Assembly (NCBI GenBank): GCA_050117845.1
Contig: JASFLY010000027.1
Span: forward strand, 1-35,195
Source of the DNA: Candidatus Zixiibacteriota bacterium
Lineage (GTDB): Bacteria > RBG-13-66-14 > B26-G2 > WVWN01
Length of the DNA: 35,195 nt
Direction: 5' to 3'
The stretch's first letter is position 1. Every line of letters begins with the position of its first letter. The position numbers were made by a program, and so were the translations under genes. The notes beneath the pieces are model-generated. The model searched no databases and had not been told where the DNA came from. It worked only from the letters and a program-made list of their open reading frames with translations. Below, piece after piece: positions 8,816 through 16,290 of the stretch.

Positions 8816-10291
8816 TCAGGGATTACGGCTCGCCCCGGCCAACGCCTCCCCCCGGGTTATATCGCCCACGCTTATCTCCGTCCCGCGGAGCGCGTAAACG
8901 CGCAGGTTGTAACCCGGCCTCATCGTAAACGTAAATAAATAATAATAGGAGCGGCCGAACTCGCGCGAACGGTAATACCGCCATGACCAGTGGCCCTCCG
9001 GGGCGGCCGGTTCCTCCGCCGAGGAGCTGTACAGAACGAAGAAGGTCGGACGTTGATTAATAAAGTAATCCGGCCGGTACCCGTGCCGCGTCGTCTCGCG
9101 GGAGAGCAAGCCTTCCGGGTTGATATCGTAAACGCGGACGGGATCGGCGAAGTACGGCAACGCCCCCATGTCCCAGGCGGCGAGCGAAATCCCCGCCGGG
9201 GCGGCCTCGGCCATCCACTTCCCCAGGGCGACGTGGGCCCGGTCGAGGCCCCGCGTATAATCAACTTCGTCGAAAAGGAACGCCGCCGGCACGAAGGCGT
9301 ACGCCGCGACCAGCACGGTACATATAACCGCCACGCCGGCAGGCCGCCGCCGCGCCCACGCCGCGAACGGCCCGGCGGCCAGAATCCACAACGCCGCGGC
9401 GAAGGGCAATTCGTAGCGGAAGGCCGGCATCCACTCCCGCCGCGAGGCGAACGCCAGCACCAGGCTCGCGGCCGTCGCGGCCCAGAGGAACCCGGCGCCA
9501 CGGCTCTTCGCGCCCCGCGCCCAGCCCAACGCGAACGCCGCCGGCGGTACGGCGTACAGGAGGAAGGGCCACAGGCCGCGTACGCGCGACAACAGCGTCC
9601 CCGGCGACAAGCCCGCCCGGGCGTAATAGGTATTCGGCAGGAACGTATCGAAGTACCGCCACCGCCACCCGAAATAGACGCCGTAACAAACCGCAAGCGC
9701 CGCCCCGGCCAGAAGGAAGCGGCCCCGGGGCTTGCCCGACGGCGATGCGACCAGGCCGTACAATAAAACGATAGCGCCGACCGCGACACCCTCGGGACGG
9801 GCCATCGCCGCCAGGGCCCAGGTCGCCCCGGCCGCCAGAGCCGCCCACGTATTCCCAGCCGCCGAAACCGAAAATACCAGCGCCAGGAGCAGCAAACATA
9901 TGTATTGCGCGGTCTCGAGGCCGCCGACGGCCCAGAACGCGAAGTTCCCCAGGGCGGCGATAAAAAGCGCCCCCAACGCGCCCGCCCGGGCGCCGTAGAC
10001 CTTCTTCCCCAAAACGTAAGTCGCCGCCAGCGCCCCCACGCCCCACAGAACGCCGAGGACCTTAACCCAGGTTAATATGTCCCCCGGCAGGCGGACGGCG
10101 AACAAGGCCGCCTCGCACGTTACCCACAGGAAATTCGTATAACCCTCGACCGGCGCCGGGGCCTCGTCGAAAACGAAGCCCGCGCCCGCGGCGACGTTCC
10201 GCGCGTAGCGCAACGATATGTACGCGTCGTCGATGGTGTAGCCGGAATAAGCCGCCGCCAGCGCCACGAAAACGGCGAGCGCCGTGAACAT
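8816..10291 (-). CDS. Polytopic membrane GT-C-fold glycosyltransferase (ArnT/PMT-like)
   Basis: DDAYISLRYARN and EGYTNFLW in the first loop; GLET, ARPEG and PNTYYA; many TM helices. Confidence 0.75.
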   Translation of the reverse strand: MFTALAVFVALAAAYSGYTIDDAYISLRYARNVAAGAGFVFDEAPAPVEGYTNFLWVTCEAALFAVRLPGDILTWVKVLGVLWGVGALAATYVLGKKVYGARAGALGALFIAALGNFAFWAVGGLETAQYICLLLLALVFSVSAAGNTWAALAAGATWALAAMARPEGVAVGAIVLLYGLVASPSGKPRGRFLLAGAALAVCYGVYFGWRWRYFDTFLPNTYYARAGLSPGTLLSRVRGLWPFLLYAVPPAAFALGWARGAKSRGAGFLWAATAASLVLAFASRREWMPAFRYELPFAAALWILAAGPFAAWARRRPAGVAVICTVLVAAYAFVPAAFLFDEVDYTRGLDRAHVALGKWMAEAAPAGISLAAWDMGALPYFADPVRVYDINPEGLLSRETTRHGYRPDYFINQRPTFFVLYSSSAEEPAAPEGHWSWRYYRSREFGRSYYYLFTFTMRPGYNLRVYALRGTEISVGDITRGEALAGASRNP

Positions 10292-10334
10292 TACGGCTAT
10301 CGAAACCTTGTCCTGGGGGAAACGTCCGGCGATA

Positions 10335-11645
10335 CTAGGTAACCTCCACCGTCGCCGCCCAGCGGGCGAAAGATTCCCGGGCGCGGCGGATTATCTCGGC
10401 GTGGCGGTCCCGCTTGCGGCCCGGCCCTACGGTCGGAAAAAGGCCGAAGTTAACGTTCATGGGCGCGAACGACGACGGCGGCGCCGTCGTGACGTACCGA
10501 AATAAAGCGCCGACGGCCGTTTCCGGCGGTGGATAAACAGGTCTCGCGCCGCGATACGCCCGGGCGGCGTTCAGGCCGGCGACGATGCCCGCCGCCGCGG
10601 ATTCCATATACCCCTCGACGCCGGTCAACTGGCCGGCGACGTATACTCCCGGCCTTTCCCGAAGCTCCAGCGTGGCATCGAGCGCCAGCGGCGAACAGAT
10701 GTAGGTATTCCGGTGCGCCGCGCCGTATCGGTAGAACTCGGCCCCGGCCAGCGCCGGGACAAGCCGGAAAACGCGCCGCTGTTCGGCCTGCTTGAGGCGC
10801 GTCTGGAAGCCTACGAGGCCGTACATTTCGCCGCCGGCGTCCTCGGGACGGAGTTGGACCACGGCGTACGGCCTCTCCCCGCTGCGCGGGTCGACCAGGC
10901 CCACCGGCTTCATGGGGCCGAAGCGCAACGTATCCTCGCCCCGGCGGGCCAGCTCCTCGGCCGGGAGGCACCCCTCGAAAAATACGCCCCTCTCGAAGTC
11001 GCGCAAGGGCGCCTTTTCGGCCGAAACGAGGGCGGCGACGAATCGCCGGTACTCCTCCTCCGTCAGGGGGCAGTTAACGTAGCCGCCGTCCCCTTTCCCA
11101 TAGCGGCTGGCCTCGAAGGAGCGTTCGCGGTCCACGCTCGCCGCAGCTACGACGGGGGCCAGCGCGTCGAAGAAGAAGAGGTTGTCACGGCCCACGGCGG
11201 CCGCCAGCCCTTCGGCCAGGGCGTCCGTCGCCAGCGGCCCGGCGGCGATTACCCCGGGCCGCTCAGGCAACGCCGTCACTTCCTCCCGAACGACGGCCAC
11301 GCCGTCCTCGGCCTCGAGCGCCGCGGTCACGCCCTCCGCGAAACGGCGCCGGTCGACGGCGAGCGCCCCTCCCGCGGGCACGCGGCAGCCGTCGGCGACG
11401 CGCAGGGTAAGCGAACCCAGCGCCCGCATTTCCTCCTTCAAAAGGGCCGGGGCGGTCCCCTCCTCGGCGGACTTGAAGGAGTTGCTGCAAACCAGTTCGG
11501 CCAAAGCCGCCGTCTCGTGAGCCGGCGTGGTTTTCGCCGGCCTCATTTCGCAGAGCTTCGCCGGAACGCCGAAACGGGCGCATTGCCATGCGGCCTCCGC
11601 GCCCGCCAAACCGCCGCCTACGACCGTTACCGGGTCCTTTCCCAT
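10335..11645 (-). CDS. trmFO: Folate/FAD-dependent tRNA (uracil-54-C5)-methyltransferase TrmFO
   Basis: VVGGGLAGAEAAWQ, EMRP, AELVCSNSF, FFEGCLP, FGPMKPVGL, VGFQTRL, AGQLTGVEGY and PMNVNFG. Confidence 0.95.
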   Translation of the reverse strand: MGKDPVTVVGGGLAGAEAAWQCARFGVPAKLCEMRPAKTTPAHETAALAELVCSNSFKSAEEGTAPALLKEEMRALGSLTLRVADGCRVPAGGALAVDRRRFAEGVTAALEAEDGVAVVREEVTALPERPGVIAAGPLATDALAEGLAAAVGRDNLFFFDALAPVVAAASVDRERSFEASRYGKGDGGYVNCPLTEEEYRRFVAALVSAEKAPLRDFERGVFFEGCLPAEELARRGEDTLRFGPMKPVGLVDPRSGERPYAVVQLRPEDAGGEMYGLVGFQTRLKQAEQRRVFRLVPALAGAEFYRYGAAHRNTYICSPLALDATLELRERPGVYVAGQLTGVEGYMESAAAGIVAGLNAARAYRGARPVYPPPETAVGALFRYVTTAPPSSFAPMNVNFGLFPTVGPGRKRDRHAEIIRRARESFARWAATVEVT

Positions 11646-12151
11646 ATCCCCTTATACCGCCGCGTCCCGAGGCACAGGCCCAGCTCCCTCAAGCGGACGC
11701 GCAAGGCCGCCTGCGAAACGTCGAAGATGCCGGCCACGACGGATTCCCGATTCTCCCGATTCCCCGCGTACGCTCTCCAATAATCCCTCAACCACGATTC
11801 GGGCATGAGTAAACACGCCGCGAAACGATTGGCCTCGCGCTCGAGCTGGACGTCGTTTCCCGGCTCGGGGAAAGCCGTCCGTTGATGGGCGAGATAATAA
11901 TGGCCGAGTTCGTGGGCTATCGTGAAGCGCCGCCTTACGCGGGGCTCGCGGGAATTTACCATTATTACCGGGAATACCTCGTCCCGTATGAATACGCCGG
12001 CCACGTAATCGAAAGGCCGGGCGCAAAGGAACAATCCTTCCGCCCGGCAAATATCGTCCAGCGCTACCGGTGGAACGCTCAACCGAAAACGTTCCACCAC
12101 CTGCTCGGCCCTCCGCTCCACGGCGTCGGGGACGTGTACGCGCGCCGCCAT
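11627..12151 (-). CDS. ImmA/IrrE-family metallo-endopeptidase
   Basis: RRRFTIAHELGHY (HExxH), EREANRFAACLLMP and FDVSQAALRVRL. The start is trimmed to ATG 12151 so that it does not overlap the SH3 gene. Confidence 0.9.
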   Translation of the reverse strand: MAARVHVPDAVERRAEQVVERFRLSVPPVALDDICRAEGLFLCARPFDYVAGVFIRDEVFPVIMVNSREPRVRRRFTIAHELGHYYLAHQRTAFPEPGNDVQLEREANRFAACLLMPESWLRDYWRAYAGNRENRESVVAGIFDVSQAALRVRLRELGLCLGTRRYKGIWERTR

Positions 12152-12183
12152 CGAATATCTATACCCGACCCTCCCGGTCGACT

Positions 12184-12531
12184 CTATTTGTTGCCGTCCG
12201 CCGAACCGTCGTCGGAGTCGCCGGTGTCGAAATCCAGATGGGCGCTGAAAACCCATCCGCAAGCACCGCCCATTACTTCGGCCTTATACCAGTAGCCCTC
12301 CTCGCCTTCCACTTCCACCTTGTCCTTGAGGCGGGCCACCAGCTTCAACTCCGCGCCGGCGTTCAAGCAGATTACGGCTTCCGATTCGCCGTCGGGCGAT
12401 TCGTGCAGGCAGTAGTTATCTTTTAAAGTCGCCGACAGCGGCGTCGACAATTTCAATTCGGCATTCGCCGCCCAGGCCCCGCCGAAAGCGAAACATATCG
12501 TAGCGGCAAGCCAGATCCATCGGTGGTTCAT
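12184..12531 (-). CDS. Small secreted SH3b-like domain protein
   Basis: Signal peptide ending ...GGAWA; L.ESP, GYWYKAEV and GWVFSAHL are typical of bacterial SH3 domains; SD GAGGT. Confidence 0.75.
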   Translation of the reverse strand: MNHRWIWLAATICFAFGGAWAANAELKLSTPLSATLKDNYCLHESPDGESEAVICLNAGAELKLVARLKDKVEVEGEEGYWYKAEVMGGACGWVFSAHLDFDTGDSDDGSADGNK

Positions 12532-12550
12532 TCCGACCTCCTGTCGTAGT

Positions 12551-12913
12551 TCACCTGGATTTCTTTCTCTTTTTCTCGGCCTTTTCCCGCCGAGCCCTTT
12601 CCTTACGCCAGAACCGGAAGAAATTCAATAACTCCTCCCGGTCGGCCTCGGTTACGCGTTCACTGCGGAAGAACTCCACGACTTCTTCCGGTACGCCTTC
12701 CACCGGCGTGGGTTCCTCCTCCCTGATAAGATAGTCCAGCGAAGCGCCGAAAGCATCCGCGATTTTCCCGACCAGTTTGCGAGAGGGCATTCTCAAGCCC
12801 ATCTCCAGTTGGCTCAAATACCCGGCGGAAATGCCGAGTTCCCGGGCAAAAGCGCTCTGCGTATACCCCCGCGCTTCTCTTAATTTTTTAACCTTCTCGC
12901 CGAACGACGGCAC
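12551..12913 (-). CDS. XRE-family (Cro/C1 HTH) transcriptional regulator, ImmR-like
   Basis: FGEKVKKLREARGYTQSAFARELGISAGYLSQLEMGLRMPS...SLDYL; GTG start. Confidence 0.93.
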   Translation of the reverse strand: MPSFGEKVKKLREARGYTQSAFARELGISAGYLSQLEMGLRMPSRKLVGKIADAFGASLDYLIREEEPTPVEGVPEEVVEFFRSERVTEADREELLNFFRFWRKERARREKAEKKRKKSR

Positions 12914-12961
12914 AGCTTCCTTATATCCCTTTATTGGACCCGCGTATAGGCTTCTTGGTTT

Positions 12962-12990
12962 ATATTAACACGCCGCCGATAGCTTGTCAA
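12962..12990 (-). promoter_or_regulatory. Sigma70 promoter of the XRE gene with extended -10
   Basis: Minus strand TTGACA (12990-12985), 17 nt ending TGT, TAATAT (12967-12962). Confidence 0.75.
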
Positions 12991-12994
12991 AACG

Positions 12995-13987
12995 CTACCG
13001 GCCCCCTAAAAAACCGGCCAAATCCTCGGCCCGAACCGCCGTCGTTCCCTCTCGCCCCACGGCCGCGGCCGCCGCCAGGTTGGCGAAGGCCGCCGCCCGC
13101 CCCAAAGCCACGCCGGCCCCGAGGGCGGCCGCCAGCGCCGCCGTTACCGTATCTCCGGCGCCGGTGACATCCGTGAGCTCCCGGGCCGCCGTTTGAAAGT
13201 GCAGAACGCGGCCACGGGGCGGCCGGACGTACATGCCGTCGGCGCCCGCCGTAATTACGAGGTATTGCGCGTCGAGCCTCCCCGCGGCCCGAGCCAACGC
13301 CTCCCCGCTAACACCCGCGGCCCCGGCCTTCCCGCCGGCGGCCAGCGCCAGTTCCTCCTCGTTTCCGACGATCAAGGTAGCGCCCCGGAATTTGCGCAAA
13401 TCGCCCCGGCCGTTCGCCACCGTTTTTACGCCCTTCCGCCCGCATTCCCCGATAAGCCACCGAGGAAACGACCCGACCAACGTGCCGCCCGCGTAGTCCG
13501 AGAGGACGGCCACGCCCGCGCCCGTAAGCGCCCGGGAGGCCGCCGCCCGGAGTTCCCGGCCCAGTTGCCGCGAGGGCCCCCGGCCCTCCTCCCGGTAAAC
13601 GTGAAAAACGTGCTGGCCGTGCCGCTGTTTCTCCCGGGTCACGTATTTCGTCTTAAACGTCGTAGGCCGGCCCGGTTCCGCCAGAAGGCCCGAGACGTCC
13701 ACACCCGCGCTTTCAAGCAGGTCGGCCAATCGATCGCGGGCGGCGTCGGGCCCCGCAAGGCCGACGAAGGACACGCGGGCCCCCAGCGCCGCGGCGTTGG
13801 CCGCGACGTTCGTCGCCTGGCCCGGGGCGTATACCTCCCGGGAAACCTCGAACGCTATTACCGGGGCCTCTTTCGCCACGGTCCGGCCGCGGCCGTAAAC
13901 GTTCAAATCCAGACAGGGGTCGCCGAAGACCGCAACGCGGCGCCCTTCGATCCGTTTAATAATATCGGCCAATTCCGCACGTGTCAC
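12995..13987 (-). CDS. PfkB-family kinase, RfaE/HldE domain I-like (heptose-7-phosphate kinase)
   Basis: VAVFGDPCLD, EAPV, ATNVAAN, PTTFKTK, LSDY and DVTGAGDT. There is no nucleotidyltransferase domain. The start is placed at GTG 13987; the ORF track uses 14059. Confidence 0.8.
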   Translation of the reverse strand: MTRAELADIIKRIEGRRVAVFGDPCLDLNVYGRGRTVAKEAPVIAFEVSREVYAPGQATNVAANAAALGARVSFVGLAGPDAARDRLADLLESAGVDVSGLLAEPGRPTTFKTKYVTREKQRHGQHVFHVYREEGRGPSRQLGRELRAAASRALTGAGVAVLSDYAGGTLVGSFPRWLIGECGRKGVKTVANGRGDLRKFRGATLIVGNEEELALAAGGKAGAAGVSGEALARAAGRLDAQYLVITAGADGMYVRPPRGRVLHFQTAARELTDVTGAGDTVTAALAAALGAGVALGRAAAFANLAAAAAVGREGTTAVRAEDLAGFLGGR

Positions 13988-13993
13988 CCGGCA

Positions 13994-14022
13994 AGCATAC
14001 ATAAAAGGACCCCGGCCGGCAA
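13994..14022 (-). promoter_or_regulatory. Leaderless-type sigma70 promoter for the PfkB/HldE gene
   Basis: TTGCCG (14022-14017), 17 nt, TATGCT (13999-13994), 6 nt, GTG; no SD. Confidence 0.6.
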
Positions 14023-14066
14023 TAAAAAATCCAGTTTCGGCGAATATACTTTCTAACAAACATAAA

Positions 14067-14095
14067 TTGACCGCGTCGCCGATTTATGATAACAT
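14067..14095 (+). promoter_or_regulatory. Sigma70 promoter of the carbamoyltransferase (divergent)
   Basis: TTGACC (14067-14072), 17 nt ending TGA, TAACAT (14090-14095). Confidence 0.65.
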
Positions 14096-14126
14096 TACAA
14101 ACTAAATCCTGCCCCACGGAGATAAT

Positions 14127-15836
14127 ATGAAAGTACTGGGAATACACGACGGCCATAACGGCACCGCCGCCCTCTTCGAGGACGGGCGCGTCGTAGCCGC
14201 GGTCTCCGAAGAGAGACTGGTTCGCGTTAAGAATCTAGATTGTTTTCCGGAAAACGCCATCGGCGATTGTCTGCGCATCGGCGGCTGCAGCGTGGCCGAC
14301 GTGGACTACGTCGCGTTCAACGGCGAGCACCAGCCGTACTCCCGGACGCGGGACGAGCTCATGGCCGCCTTCCGGCAGGCCTCGAGCCCCCAGACGGCGG
14401 CGCGAAAACTGCTTCGCCGCACGCCTATTAACCGCGTATTCCGGAATCGACGGCGGGCGACCCGCATCGAGGCCGCGGCCAGCCTGGGCTTCGACCCCGC
14501 GAAAATCCGCTTCGTCGAGCACCACAGGGCCCACGCCTACACGGCTTACTGGGGCTCCCCGTGGCGCGAGGGCGAAGTCCTGATACTGACCTGCGACGGC
14601 TCCGGCGACGACCTCTGCGCCACCGTCAACGTCGCCCGGGAAGGCCGCATCGAGCGTGTCGCCGAGGTCGACGAGAGCCACTCGCTCGGCATAATATACG
14701 CCATGGCCACGACCGTCCTCGGGATGATGCCCCTGGAGGACGAGCACAAGGTCATGGGAATGGCCCCTTACGGCCAGCGCCGCGTCATGTCCCGGCCGGC
14801 GGACGACTGCTTCGCGGACCTCTTCCGGGTGGACGGCATATCGTGGGAACGGGCCAACGGCCTGCCGGACGCCTACCGTTCGTTCAATTATATGAAAAAC
14901 CGGCTCGGCCTGACGCGCTTCGACAACGCCAGCGCGTCCATCCAGATCCTCGCCGAAAAGCTCATCACGGACTGGGTGGCCAACTGCGTCCGCGAGACGG
15001 GCATAAAACGCGTGGCCCTGTCCGGCGGCGTCTTCATGAACGTCAAGGCCAATAAAGTAATATACGACCTCCCGGAAGTGGAGGAACTGTACGTGATGCC
15101 GTCCTGCGGCGACGAGTCCAATACCATCGGGGCTTGCTACGCCGTTTATGACGACGAGCGGCGCCAGGCCGGCCTTCCGACCGACATCCCGCCCCTCGGG
15201 CCTATATACTTCGGCGGCGAGTTCGGCGAGGTAGATTGCGAACGGGCCCTCTCGGCCGTGCGGCGGACGGACGGCGTTTCGGTCCACGAACCGGAGGACG
15301 TCAACTACGCGTTGGGTCAGCTCATCGCGAACGGCAAGATAACCGCCCGTTACGCCGGCCGGATGGAGTTCGGCGCCCGGGCCCTAGGCAACCGCTCCAT
15401 CATCGCCGACCCGAGCGACATGGCCGTCATCCCCCGCATCAACGAGATGATAAAAAGCCGCGACTTCTGGATGCCCTTCGCGCCGTCGGTGCTCGCGGAG
15501 CGTTCGGAGGAATACGCGGTCAAGACCAAGCCGATGGTCGCGCCGTACATGATTATGGCCTTCGACTCCACCGACAAACGCGACGAATTCCGCGCGGCGA
15601 CGCACCCGTACGACAAAACCACGCGGCCACAGGAGGTCTTCGAGGACTGGAACCCGGGCTACCACCGGGTCCTGAAATCGTTCGAGGAGGCCACCGGGCG
15701 CGGCATCGTCCTCAACACGTCCTTCAACCTCCACGGCTATCCCATCGTTTACCGGCCGGAGGAGGCCGTGGAAGTCTTCCTCCGCTCGAGTCTGGACGCG
15801 CTGGCCCTGGGGCCCTACCTCATACAGCGCGACTGA
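14127..15836 (+). CDS. Carbamoyltransferase, NodU/CmcH/TobZ family
   Basis: MKVLGIHDGH, EERLVR, EHHRAHA, DGSGD, KVMGMAPYG, SGGVFMNVKAN, EFGARALGNRS, RDFWMPFAP and LNTSFNLHG. Confidence 0.95.
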   Translation: MKVLGIHDGHNGTAALFEDGRVVAAVSEERLVRVKNLDCFPENAIGDCLRIGGCSVADVDYVAFNGEHQPYSRTRDELMAAFRQASSPQTAARKLLRRTPINRVFRNRRRATRIEAAASLGFDPAKIRFVEHHRAHAYTAYWGSPWREGEVLILTCDGSGDDLCATVNVAREGRIERVAEVDESHSLGIIYAMATTVLGMMPLEDEHKVMGMAPYGQRRVMSRPADDCFADLFRVDGISWERANGLPDAYRSFNYMKNRLGLTRFDNASASIQILAEKLITDWVANCVRETGIKRVALSGGVFMNVKANKVIYDLPEVEELYVMPSCGDESNTIGACYAVYDDERRQAGLPTDIPPLGPIYFGGEFGEVDCERALSAVRRTDGVSVHEPEDVNYALGQLIANGKITARYAGRMEFGARALGNRSIIADPSDMAVIPRINEMIKSRDFWMPFAPSVLAERSEEYAVKTKPMVAPYMIMAFDSTDKRDEFRAATHPYDKTTRPQEVFEDWNPGYHRVLKSFEEATGRGIVLNTSFNLHGYPIVYRPEEAVEVFLRSSLDALALGPYLIQRD

Positions 15837-15863
15837 CGCTGGAACGTCAAACTCCCGAAAGCG

Positions 15864-15889
15864 AAAGCGGCCGCCAAGGCCGCTTTTTT
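15864..15889 (+). terminator. Rho-independent terminator
   Basis: AAAGCGGCC-GCCAA-GGCCGCTTT followed by TTT. Confidence 0.8.
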
Positions 15890-16009
15890 ATATATGGATC
15901 GGAGGGTTATTTTTCCGGGCGTAAAATCCGCCCGAGAACGTTTTCTTAATAATTCGGAAGCGGGGTTAGAAACTGTCCGGAACGTCATACTCCCGCAAAT
16001 TGGGGGGGG

Positions 16010-16276
16010 TTAGAATTTGCCGAAGAACGTCAATACGCCGAAGACGACGAAGAGCACGCCGGCCACCTTCTGGATAATATCGTGAGGTACGACCTTCGTA
16101 ATGCCGGCGCCGAGGAACACGGCGATGAACGTTACGACCACCAGCGCCAGGGCGGCGCCGAAGAACACGTGCCAGGGTTTCCCCGTTTCGGACGACATGA
16201 CGATCGCGGCCAGTTGGGTCTTGTCGCCGAGTTCCGCGAGGAGGATCAAACCGAAGGCGCTAAAGAACTGTTTCAT
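16010..16276 (-). CDS. Half-size TMEM165/GDT1 (UPF0016) Ca2+/Mn2+ transporter
   Basis: AELGDKTQL motif, three TM helices, 88 aa; SD AGGAG. Confidence 0.92.
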   Translation of the reverse strand: MKQFFSAFGLILLAELGDKTQLAAIVMSSETGKPWHVFFGAALALVVVTFIAVFLGAGITKVVPHDIIQKVAGVLFVVFGVLTFFGKF

Positions 16277-16290
16277 ATTATTATGTCTCC

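Noticed and set aside
11627..12913. Prophage or ICE suggested by the ImmA/ImmR-like pair
   Set aside because: No integrase, att-flanked tRNA, structural or conjugation genes; the flanks are housekeeping genes.
15841..16041. Possible mini-CRISPR array
   Set aside because: The copies are partial and irregularly spaced, one lies within a coding sequence, and there are no cas genes.
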